64,000 nucleotides of DNA, from contig CAXXNF010000002.1 of the NCBI GenBank assembly GCA_963666365.2, positions 2,272,001-2,336,000 of the forward strand, in the 5' to 3' direction. A program made the position numbers and the translations under genes. This document shows, in pieces, positions 54,702 to 63,478 of the stretch (positions are counted from its first letter, which is position 1; each line of letters begins with the position of its first letter). Under the pieces are notes generated by a model. It had not been told where the DNA came from, searched no databases, and worked only from the letters and a program-made list of their open reading frames with translations. Source of the DNA: Syntrophales bacterium. Its GTDB lineage: Bacteria; Desulfobacterota; Syntrophia; Syntrophales; UBA2210.

Positions 54702-55665
54702 TATCTCAAAGAGAACAAAAATAATGTTGGCAATTGTGGGAGTTGCAGTCGTTATGATGCCGCTGATTTCCAGTGATCCTTACATTTTGCATATCGGCAT
54801 TGCAATCCTTATCTGGAGCATGCTGGCATTGGGAATTCGGATCGTCCTTATTTCCGGGCACCTCAATATTGCACAAGCGAGTTTTATGGGCATGGGCGCC
54901 TACGCGTCGGGTGTTCTGGCCATGAAACTAGGCTGGAGCTTCTGGGTGTGTCTTCCTGCTGCCGGAGTGATCTCGGCTGTGCTGGCGATCCTGGTCGGAT
55001 TGCCCACCTTGAGGATCAAAGGGGCATACTTCGTGATCATAACGCTTGGATTGTCGGAGGTATGCCGAAGGATCTGGATGATGTGGGACAGTCTTTTTGG
55101 AGGGCCCAGCGGACTTTTGGGCATTCCTTCTCCCGATCCGATCGGGCTGGGAAGTTTTACGATTACGTTTAATTCGAAAACTCATTTTTTCTATTTGGCA
55201 TTTGCTCTTTTTGTTCTGACGGTTTTCGTTATGTGGCGGTTTGAAAAATCACGTGCGGGCATGTTATTGAAGTCATTCCCCCAGGCGGACATACTGGCCG
55301 AATCTTCCGGAATCAACATCATGAAGTATAAAGTCGCCGCCTTTTCTTTGGGAGCTTTTTTTGCAGGTTTGGCGGGATCGTTCTGGGCGCATTATTTCAC
55401 CTACTGCAGTCCGTGGGATTTCACCCTGATGGCGTCCTTTTACATGCTCATGTACGTGGTTATGGGGGGTATCGGTTCGATTGCCGGTCCCATAGTGGGA
55501 AGCACCATCATGCTCATTCTCGATGAATTTCTAAGGCCTTTTAAGGAGTATACACCGATGATTCTGGGAGCCATTCTTATTTTGGTCTTGCGGTTCCTGC
55601 CCGGCGGCTTGGTATCGATTCCGGGCATAATCCAAGATGCGGTAACGAGGAGGGGTAAATCGTGA
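54691..55665 (+). CDS. livM: HAAT-family ABC permease (LivM-like)
   Basis: 'FMGMGAY', 'LRIKGAYFVIITLG', 'GGIGSIAGP', 'FLPGGL'. Confidence 0.92.
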   Translation: MQNNISKRTKIMLAIVGVAVVMMPLISSDPYILHIGIAILIWSMLALGIRIVLISGHLNIAQASFMGMGAYASGVLAMKLGWSFWVCLPAAGVISAVLAILVGLPTLRIKGAYFVIITLGLSEVCRRIWMMWDSLFGGPSGLLGIPSPDPIGLGSFTITFNSKTHFFYLAFALFVLTVFVMWRFEKSRAGMLLKSFPQADILAESSGINIMKYKVAAFSLGAFFAGLAGSFWAHYFTYCSPWDFTLMASFYMLMYVVMGGIGSIAGPIVGSTIMLILDEFLRPFKEYTPMILGAILILVLRFLPGGLVSIPGIIQDAVTRRGKS

Positions 55666-56435
55666 GCCAAAAACATCCCCTATTGGAATTGTCGGACGTG
55701 ACGAAACATTTCGGTGGTCTGGCGGCCGTCAGCGATTTATCGCTTGGCGTGCAAGAGGGAGAGATAGTAGGGTTAATCGGTCCCAACGGCGCCGGTAAGA
55801 CGACGGTTTTTAACCTTGTCAGCGGTGTATATTCACTTAGTCACGGTGCAGTTAAATTCAAAAATGAAGATATTACCACACTCAAACCGCATGTTGTGGC
55901 TAAAAAGGGTTTAGTTCGCACATTTCAGGCAAATGTGTTATTCAAGGATTTTTCCGTGCTGGAAAATGTGCTGGTGGGTTGCCAGCTTCAAGTGGAAACC
56001 GGCATCTTTATGGACCTGTTCAACTTCCGGTCTGTGCGCAAAAAACGTGAAAATGTGCTTCGTATCGCGGAAGAATGCATCGATTTCGTTGGCCTGAAAG
56101 GCCTCAATAACGAGATTGCTTCGAATCTGGCACATGGACATCAGAGAATGCTCGGCATAGGGATTGCGCTGGCATCCCATCCTCAGATGATCATGCTGGA
56201 TGAGCCGGTCAGCGGGATGAATAATGAAGAAAAATCGGCAATGATGGCACTGATCAGAAAGATAAGAGACCGTGGAATTACCGTGCTGCTGGTCGAGCAT
56301 GACATGCGGGTAGTGATGGGGCTTTGCGACCGGATTGCTGTATTGAATTTCGGGCACAAAATTGCGGAAGGAGTGCCGGAGGAAATACAGAATAATGAGA
56401 GTGTGATCGAAGCCTATTTAGGAGCGGAAGATTGA
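55662..56435 (+). CDS. livG: HAAT-family ABC ATPase (LivG-like)
   Basis: 'FGGLAAV', GPNGAGKT, 'LVEHDM', 'VIEAYLG'. Confidence 0.93.
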   Translation: MSQKHPLLELSDVTKHFGGLAAVSDLSLGVQEGEIVGLIGPNGAGKTTVFNLVSGVYSLSHGAVKFKNEDITTLKPHVVAKKGLVRTFQANVLFKDFSVLENVLVGCQLQVETGIFMDLFNFRSVRKKRENVLRIAEECIDFVGLKGLNNEIASNLAHGHQRMLGIGIALASHPQMIMLDEPVSGMNNEEKSAMMALIRKIRDRGITVLLVEHDMRVVMGLCDRIAVLNFGHKIAEGVPEEIQNNESVIEAYLGAED

Positions 56436-57142
56436 TGCAGCTGGAAATAAAAAATATTAATGTACATTATGGAAAAGTAGAGGCCGTGAAAGGTGTCTCC
56501 GTTCAAATAGAAAAAGGAACGGTCGTTTCGCTCATTGGGGGTAACGGTGCAGGAAAATCAACGATTCTGCGAACACTTGCCGGATTGAAAAAGCCGACAA
56601 GCGGAGAGATCTGGTTCGCCGGTGAGCGCATCGACGGTCTGTCAGCGACGGAGATTGCCCGGAAGGGAATCGGCTATTCGATGGAAGGAAGGAGAATCTT
56701 TTCTGGTCTTAGCGTACATGAAAATCTGGAAATGGGCGCCTATATCATGAAAGACCGCCGGAAAATTCAAAGAAGAATTGAGGAAATATGCGACCTCTTC
56801 CCCATTCTCAGAGAACGCAACAATCAGAAAGGCGGGACCTTGAGCGGGGGAGAACAGCAGATGCTGGCCATCGGCCGTGCCATGATGTGCGAGCCTGCAC
56901 TGCTCCTTCTTGACGAACCATCACTGGGTCTTGCCCCTAAAATTGTGCGGGAACTGAATGTCATTATCAGGGATATAAATAAAATGGGCGTTTCAGTTCT
57001 TCTGGTCGAACAGAATTCCAAACTGGGATTGGGGGTGGCCGACCGCGGGTATGTGCTCGAAGTGGGCGAAGTTGTTTTGATGGGTGATGCCAGCGAATTG
57101 ATGGCAAATGACCATGTCAAGAAGATTTATCTGGGCGTATAA
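56435..57142 (+). CDS. livF: HAAT-family ABC ATPase (LivF-like)
   Basis: GGNGAGKS, 'LSGGEQQMLAIGRA', 'DEPSLGLAP', 'VEQN'. Confidence 0.93.
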   Translation: MQLEIKNINVHYGKVEAVKGVSVQIEKGTVVSLIGGNGAGKSTILRTLAGLKKPTSGEIWFAGERIDGLSATEIARKGIGYSMEGRRIFSGLSVHENLEMGAYIMKDRRKIQRRIEEICDLFPILRERNNQKGGTLSGGEQQMLAIGRAMMCEPALLLLDEPSLGLAPKIVRELNVIIRDINKMGVSVLLVEQNSKLGLGVADRGYVLEVGEVVLMGDASELMANDHVKKIYLGV

Positions 57143-57257
57143 GTTATGCCGTCTTTGGGAGTTCCGGAACTCGTTGTGTAAAGCGAGCCATATCCGACAT
57201 AGGAGAAAGGAGAAAAAGCATACCGGACATGGCTCATTGCGTGCCTTCTTTAAATAT

Positions 57258-58604
57258 TTATTTCTTACACCGGTCTAAATCAGATGCAACTTCCGGAGTA
57301 CAGTAGTCTATCGGAATCATCGTTGTTACTCCCGGTCCTGCTCCATCAGGATACCACTTGGTAGGATAGTCATATTCAGTCACGTACATGCATCTCAATA
57401 CCTGATGATCGCAGGCTCTCATTTTCATGACACCGGAAAACCCTCTGAATTCATCATCTTCCCAGGTTGTAATTATTTTCTCCGGATCGGTCGTCCCTGT
57501 TCTATTCAAGATATCAAAATACCAATAGGTGGCGCCAACGGTTGAACCCATCACAGTAATGGGCCACATGTAGAGGTCCGTGTCGTAAGGCTTTTCCCAT
57601 TTATTTTTCCATAACTCATTCCATACTTTATTGAACACTACATTTTCGGGTGTGTCGCAATTGATTGAATGATCATTCACCTGGACCATTCCCCGTCCTG
57701 CCGGACCACCTATTGCCTTCATTGTAACGGGTTCACAGGCATCTCTGGTAGCGATAGGCATAGTGATCCCCAGTGAACGGGCAGTCTTGATCAGGTTTTG
57801 TCCATCCGGCGCCCAGTCGCTTGTAAATATCACTTCCGCACCGGATGCCTGAATTTTTGTCATGTAAGGGGCAAAGTCCTTCATGAAGAGGGGGTGGTAG
57901 ACCTCGCCGACGATTTCGGCATCGGGCTTATATTTTTTGAGACCTTCCTTAAACCCTTTTCCCATGTTGTGACCGAACATATAATCCTGGCAAAGTATGT
58001 AGAATTTGTTTTCCGGTCGCTTGGAATAAAAGTATGCCATACCCAATCCAAACATTTCCGTATTATAACAGGTTCGAAAGGCATAGCGGTTAAAGTTTTT
58101 TCCATCAAGCAGAGAAGTGGTGTTCGATGTCCCGATAAAATGAATAGTCTTATATTTCTTTGCCACATTCATCATAATAAGCGTCAGATGACTGCCGGCG
58201 GTACCCCACAACAGATCAACCTTATCTTCCAAACAGAGTTTTTCCGCCATTTTTTTACATAACGCAGGCTTTCCTTGCGAATCACCCTTGATTATCTCAA
58301 CCTTTTGGGTGGTACCGTCTACCTTGATTCCACCTCTTTTATTCAAATCATGCACAACCCAGTTCGTGGTGAGCCAGTAAATCTCACCATTGAGCGCCGC
58401 CGGTCCTGAAAAGGCGTCTATGAGTCCGATTTTAATAGTATCGCCTGTCGGCATCACTACCTTATTCGGATCAAAATCACTCATATTCTTTGCCATTGTA
58501 TCTACATCAACGCCACGCGCAGCTGCCATACAATTCACCGCAAAGAAGACCAAGAGTAAGGCAAGAAGCCATATCAAATGCTGTTTACGTTTTACTGTCA
58601 TCAT
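57258..58604 (-). CDS. ABC transporter substrate-binding protein (PBP type 1)
   Basis: Signal peptide, 'IKIGLIDAFSGPAA', 'QDYMFG', 'DFAPYMTKI', 'MRACDHQ'. Confidence 0.9.
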   Translation of the reverse strand: MMTVKRKQHLIWLLALLLVFFAVNCMAAARGVDVDTMAKNMSDFDPNKVVMPTGDTIKIGLIDAFSGPAALNGEIYWLTTNWVVHDLNKRGGIKVDGTTQKVEIIKGDSQGKPALCKKMAEKLCLEDKVDLLWGTAGSHLTLIMMNVAKKYKTIHFIGTSNTTSLLDGKNFNRYAFRTCYNTEMFGLGMAYFYSKRPENKFYILCQDYMFGHNMGKGFKEGLKKYKPDAEIVGEVYHPLFMKDFAPYMTKIQASGAEVIFTSDWAPDGQNLIKTARSLGITMPIATRDACEPVTMKAIGGPAGRGMVQVNDHSINCDTPENVVFNKVWNELWKNKWEKPYDTDLYMWPITVMGSTVGATYWYFDILNRTGTTDPEKIITTWEDDEFRGFSGVMKMRACDHQVLRCMYVTEYDYPTKWYPDGAGPGVTTMIPIDYCTPEVASDLDRCKK

Positions 58605-58959
58605 TTTCTCCTTGTAATTATTGTTTTTATTCCTACTATCTTCCCAACATATTATGCTTTTGTCGGTAATCACCTTTCAGAATGGTCTTGCTTGAATGCC
58701 AACGTCTTGGGAAAAGACTGTTCTTGCGCTCAATCTGAGTTCAGATCAGCCGTAATTATTGGGATAAGCCGGATTCAGGCGAACGCCTGAAAGAGTAAAA
58801 AGGCGATCCTCACACTTGTTGCAAAATCAAATAAGTACGTATGCCATGATCGTTGGGTCACTTTCTTATTTCAGTCCAGATAGCGTACCATGTAACCATA
58901 GGCATCTTGAAAAGTAAACCGCCTATATTCAGCCTAATATCGGTCTTATTAAAAGGCTG

Positions 58960-59757
58960 TTATGAGAATGACATGAGAAGTGAACGCAGATTTTCTTTTC
59001 TTGACTTTAATCCCAGTTTCTTGCGAATGCTTTTTCGGTAATTATCAACAGTATTAACTGCAAGATTCAAAATTTCACAAATTTCTTTTGTCTGTCTTCC
59101 ATCTTTGATCAAACTGGCAACTTGAATTTCCCGTGGCGTCAAGTTTGAAAATCGGCGCGACATTTTCATTAAAAAGGGGGAGGTGATTTCATTGGCATGC
59201 TTTTCAATAATGTCGACGTAATATGAGGCTTCGGGGGTTAAACGAAGCGCCTTCAGTCGTGCAATATACGGGAAAACCAGCTCTTTAATATTGTTGACCA
59301 CTTTTTCCTCAACCTCATTGAGATCATTCTGACGGTGTTTCAACAACACGTTCAAAGCCGTATTCGTTTCCTCTAATATCGCCGTTTTTTCTTTTAGAGC
59401 ATTTTCCATAGTAATTTGAGGCGTTATATCGGTTAAAAAACATAAGGTTGCTGGCTCACCCTCCCATAAGATTCTTATGCCATAGCTTTCCAGAAACTTT
59501 ACCTCTCCGTTTTTATCTATAATTCTGTGCCTGTATTTTATGGCATCGCCCTGCAACCGTCCCGAATATGCACCACTCACTTTTTCGTAATCGTCCGGGA
59601 ATACAGTTTCACTGACAGGCTTGTCCTGAAGCTCTTCAATAGAATACCCGCTGATCTCGGCGGCTTTCTGATTTGAGTATTTATTCAGTCCATCCTGAAT
59701 TACTACAATAGCTTCTTGAGCTGTTTCTAAGATTATGTCTATCGCAAGATTCTTAAT
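58960..59757 (-). CDS. PAS domain + LuxR-type HTH transcriptional regulator (start codon uncertain, possibly ATT)
   Basis: PAS 'NQKAAEISGYSIEEL...VFPDD...DIT'; coiled coil 'LEETNTALNVLL'; HTH 'LTPREIQVASLIKDG..TKEI..IL....NTV...RKSIRKKLG'. Confidence 0.88.
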   Translation of the reverse strand: MKNLAIDIILETAQEAIVVIQDGLNKYSNQKAAEISGYSIEELQDKPVSETVFPDDYEKVSGAYSGRLQGDAIKYRHRIIDKNGEVKFLESYGIRILWEGEPATLCFLTDITPQITMENALKEKTAILEETNTALNVLLKHRQNDLNEVEEKVVNNIKELVFPYIARLKALRLTPEASYYVDIIEKHANEITSPFLMKMSRRFSNLTPREIQVASLIKDGRQTKEICEILNLAVNTVDNYRKSIRKKLGLKSRKENLRSLLMSFS

Positions 59758-60058
59758 TGTGTGATCCTCCTTCGATCCATTGCTAATGCCGGCATCTTTA
59801 TACACGCAACTGCATAATATTGCTGAAAATATGTAATAGCAATACCAGCAATTGTCAAGCATTTTGTGGCGAATTCCGAGCGAACTCCCCTGTCCTGGAA
59901 CTCCCTGGTGAATGGCGGACTGCCTGGTTGTTTTCTTAATAAATAAGCTCTGATTCCACTTGTGGACTAAATACAATAAGCATGGTAGATGATTTGCAAG
60001 AACCGAAACCTGGAAATCGGTTGTGTGGGCATTCCGCAAAGAAAGGAGTAGTGCAGTG

Positions 60059-60376
60059 ATGAAGAAACTCGTTATTTTCCTGGGAATGTTGTGTCTCATG
60101 GCGGCTGCGGCCGACGATTGCTATGTTTGCAAGTGCAAAGGTCGGTTGGCATGGGATTTTTTGTTTAAAATCTATGGAGAGTGTGGATCCGGGTGGATAG
60201 GGGGTGATACTGGACAAATTGTGAGAGATATTAGTGTTGACATAATAGATCGTTTTATTCCTGCCGACTTGCGAAAAAAGATCGACGAGACTGGCGGATG
60301 CGAGTATTATCGTTACTCAGGCTGGAAATGTGGCAAAACGGTTAACGGTGCATGGCCTTCATGCATGTACGAATAA
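60059..60376 (+). CDS. Small Cys-rich secreted hypothetical protein
   Basis: SD AAGGAG upstream; signal peptide MKKLVIFLGMLCLMAAAA; 7 Cys in the predicted mature part. Confidence 0.7.
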   Translation: MKKLVIFLGMLCLMAAAADDCYVCKCKGRLAWDFLFKIYGECGSGWIGGDTGQIVRDISVDIIDRFIPADLRKKIDETGGCEYYRYSGWKCGKTVNGAWPSCMYE

Positions 60377-60433
60377 CTGGATGCGCTGTTCTTGCCGGTC
60401 GACTGATCCATATCCAGGGACTGCGGGCCGAAG

Positions 60434-60467
60434 GAGTTCTGGGGACAGCATACTGTCCCCAGAACTC
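60434..60467. repeat. Perfect 15-bp inverted repeat between convergent genes
   Basis: GAGTTCTGGGGACAG-CATA-CTGTCCCCAGAACTC. Confidence 0.8.
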
Positions 60468-60492
60468 TTGAGTCTCATACAAATTCAATTGT

Positions 60493-61356
60493 TTATTTAC
60501 ATCTGTCGAGTCCTTCGGGTAGCGGCTGCTCGCAATATTTTGCAGGAACTATGAAGGGTTTGCCATAACTTGCCACATCGTCGAACCAGGGGTTAGGATA
60601 TTCGAATTGAGATACAAAGACATCTCTGATAATTTGGTGATCACAGGTACGCATTTTCACCACGCCGGTGATCGATTTGTATGCGTCGCCTTCCCACATT
60701 GCAATGATCTTTTCGGGATCGGTGCTGCCGGCACGTTCAATAACATCGAACATCCAGTAGAAGCCATTCACGCATTCTCCCAATATCGAAATGGGCCATT
60801 TATACGTCTTTGAATTGTACGGTTTATTCCACGTCTTCCAGGAGTCGTTCCACTTCTTATTGAAAGCCCTGTTTTCGGGCGTATCGACGCTGATCATGTG
60901 CGCATTTCCGTTTACCATCTTTCGCCCGGTTTCTCCCCCAATAGCCTTTAACGCTTCATAAGAAGCATCTGCATAGAGGTTGGCGACTTGTGCATCGATG
61001 CGCAGATTACTTGCCTGCACTATCATATTCATACCATCGGGAATCCAATCGCCGGTATATATGACTTCCGCCCCTGATCCCTGCACTTTTGTCAGATAGG
61101 GCGCAAAGTCCTTGAGAAAGAGCGGATGATATTCTTCACCAACTATTTCGTAGCTCCTTTTGTATTCCTTCAGGCCATTTTTGAAGGCGTTGCCAATATC
61201 GTGGCCGTACATGTAGTCCTGGCACAGAATAAAAAATTTCTTTTCCGGTTTTTGGGCATAATAGTAGGCCATGGCCCTGCCGAACATGGAGGTGGTAATG
61301 CAGGTCCTGAATGCGTATCGATGGAAATTCTTTGCATCAAGGAGCGAATCTGCCAC
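60493..61356 (-). pseudogene. 5'-truncated paralog of the 57258-58604 substrate-binding protein
   Basis: Starts mid-protein ('SLLDAKNFHRYAFRTC' vs paralog 'SLLDGKNFNRYAFRTC'). No signal peptide or N-terminal segment; in-frame TAA 8 codons upstream; only 46 bp to the preceding gene. Confidence 0.8.
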
Positions 61357-61402
61357 GCCACAGTCAAATACACATCCTTATCGATCGCCATGGACAGGTC
61401 AT

Positions 61403-62872
61403 TTACAGCCAGGGGAATCTCCTGGTCAGTTTCTTCGTCGTCCCTTCATAGGGGATCCCACCCAGTTTCTTTGCAATATTTTTTGATCGCTCGAGATCGG
61501 CGTCACGGTATATGGCAACTTTCTCGATCACGGGCGATCCTCCGCCGTGCAGGGCGTCGATCAGCTTGTGACCGCCCCATGTGGAGGCCATCATATCCTG
61601 GAACAGCCGGAAGGCGCGGTGTTGATTCTCCGGCGAAACATCGGGATCCCGCATGATATACTTTTCCATGTAGGGACCGGTCTTCTCGTTGGCAAATTCG
61701 GCCTCACTGGGAAGCGTTGCCGCCAGGCCACCGGCAATTGCGGCCAGGGCCTCATACTCACCGTATATCGCCTCGCCGGCAAGCATCCGCCCCGCGTTAC
61801 AGTAGTTGGTATCGGGGACATAGGTCCCGGAATCGGTCTTTACCGCGTTCATCGCAGCCGCGATTCCCGCCGCGAAGATCAGGTCAACGATCTGCGTCAT
61901 GTCGGCGAGTTTATGCCGGACGTGCTGAGCCTTGGCGATGCCGTTGTAATCGGCAGCCAGTGCCGTGGCGCCCGTGAATATCTCCGAAAGAGCCGCCTTG
62001 CAGCCGGTATAGCTGTGCCGGTGGTACAGGGCGAAGAGGAGAGCCAGCTTCCCGGCCAGTTCCGTTTCACCACAGAGAAACACCCGCTCCCAAGGAACGA
62101 AGACATGATCAAAAACGGTGATGGAATGCCCGATACCGACGTTTTCGTAGGGACAATGGAGTTCCGTCCGCGGTGGCGGGTAATAGGCGGCATTTACGAT
62201 GGTGACCCCCTCCCAGTCAGCCGGGAGAGAAAACGCGACTGCCCAATCTGTTTCATCCTCCCCCATGTGGCGGGTGGGAATCGCTACTATCTCATCGACG
62301 TAGGTGGAACAGGAATTGTGTGCCTTCGCACCGTTCACGATAATCCCATCGTCTCTTTTTTCTACCACACGGAGGTACAGGTCGGGGTCTTTCTGTTTTC
62401 CCGGCCGCCACACGCGGTTTCCCTTGACATCAGTCTGGGCGCAGTTCAGGGAAAGGTCTTTCTCCTGGACCTCTTTCATAAAAGCGATAAACCGCTCATT
62501 ATAATTCGTGCCGTACTTCTGATCGGCCTCATAGGTCACGATGGAAAGACCGTTGAGCGAGTCGATCCCCATGCAACGCTGGATGCACCCGCCCACCTCC
62601 TGGCTGTAGAGCCGGGTCATCTTCTGCTTGTTGAGAAGGTCCTCGATGCTCTGGTGGATATGGCAGAAACGGTTGATCTTCTCCCCCGTTATGTGCGAGG
62701 TGGCTACGCCCAATCCCTCGTATTCGGGATCAAATGCGTTGTCGTATGTCTGAGCCATTACATTGATCCCGCCCACCATTTTCGGTTCAAAGCGGTCAAC
62801 CACCTTGCCGCCCATATACACATTAGGTTTCAGCTTCGCGATCCTCTCACGATATTCATCTCCACGTATCAT
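61403..62872 (-). CDS. 4-hydroxybutyryl-CoA dehydratase (AbfD) / HpaB-fold family FAD, [4Fe-4S] enzyme, divergent
   Basis: 'GGCIQRCMGID', 'AQTDVKGNR', 'DPDLYLRVVE', 'GAKAH', 'YHRHSYTGCK', 'HGGGSP'. Confidence 0.88.
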   Translation of the reverse strand: MIRGDEYRERIAKLKPNVYMGGKVVDRFEPKMVGGINVMAQTYDNAFDPEYEGLGVATSHITGEKINRFCHIHQSIEDLLNKQKMTRLYSQEVGGCIQRCMGIDSLNGLSIVTYEADQKYGTNYNERFIAFMKEVQEKDLSLNCAQTDVKGNRVWRPGKQKDPDLYLRVVEKRDDGIIVNGAKAHNSCSTYVDEIVAIPTRHMGEDETDWAVAFSLPADWEGVTIVNAAYYPPPRTELHCPYENVGIGHSITVFDHVFVPWERVFLCGETELAGKLALLFALYHRHSYTGCKAALSEIFTGATALAADYNGIAKAQHVRHKLADMTQIVDLIFAAGIAAAMNAVKTDSGTYVPDTNYCNAGRMLAGEAIYGEYEALAAIAGGLAATLPSEAEFANEKTGPYMEKYIMRDPDVSPENQHRAFRLFQDMMASTWGGHKLIDALHGGGSPVIEKVAIYRDADLERSKNIAKKLGGIPYEGTTKKLTRRFPWL

Positions 62873-63075
62873 CGTTCTTCACTCTCCTTTACCTGTCTTT
62901 TTAAATGATTCCCGAATTCAATTTTTCCTCTCGCCGGCTTGCACTGACATTTATTTACCGCAGCTCACCGTCACTGAAATCGGGTGTGACCGTATGTTCC
63001 CTGAATGCTTCTCAGGCCCGACAATCCTTCCCTCCCCTTCCCTGCGCAGCAGTAGGTGGGTATGAATACTATGCT

Positions 63076-63091
63076 TGCACAACTCGGACCA
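63076..63091 (-). promoter_or_regulatory. Candidate sigma54 (-24/-12) promoter for the AbfD-like gene
   Basis: Minus strand TGGTCCGAGTTGTGCA has the required GG-N10-GC spacing. Confidence 0.6.
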
Positions 63092-63179
63092 ACAGTGGCA
63101 GAAATGAAATATATTCAACAATAACAATTAATTATCAATATTTTGCCTGTTGGAAACAGAACAATTTTCACGTCTGCTT

Positions 63180-63351
63180 TGTAATATTATGTTACAGATA
63201 TGGCCGAATACCTGTTGTCTGTAATATTACGTTACGGAAATCAGGAGTTTTTCATTGACTCGCCTTGGATAATCTGGTAGCGCAATTATATTGTTGTAAA
63301 TTTATTTTACATAACTACATCGATCGGTTGATTCTGTAACATTATTTAACA
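63180..63351. promoter_or_regulatory. Four 17-bp palindromic boxes, consensus TGTAA-N7-TTACA (candidate enhancer/UAS)
   Basis: 63180 TGTAATATTATGTTACA; 63220 TGTAATATTACGTTACG; 63295 TGTAAATTTATTTTACA; 63335 TGTAACATTATTTAACA. Confidence 0.7.
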
Positions 63352-63478
63352 TGACACGATCCGGAATACTCCTATGAATCGAGTGTTCCTTCAGGCGCAT
63401 CAATTCCTGTTCATGATCCTGCGTAACCTATTCACCCGTGAACCGCCCAGATCGATGAAAAGAAAGAAAACGTAACAC

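Noticed and set aside
61547..62908. 453-aa + strand ORF
   Set aside because: Antisense shadow of the AbfD-like gene
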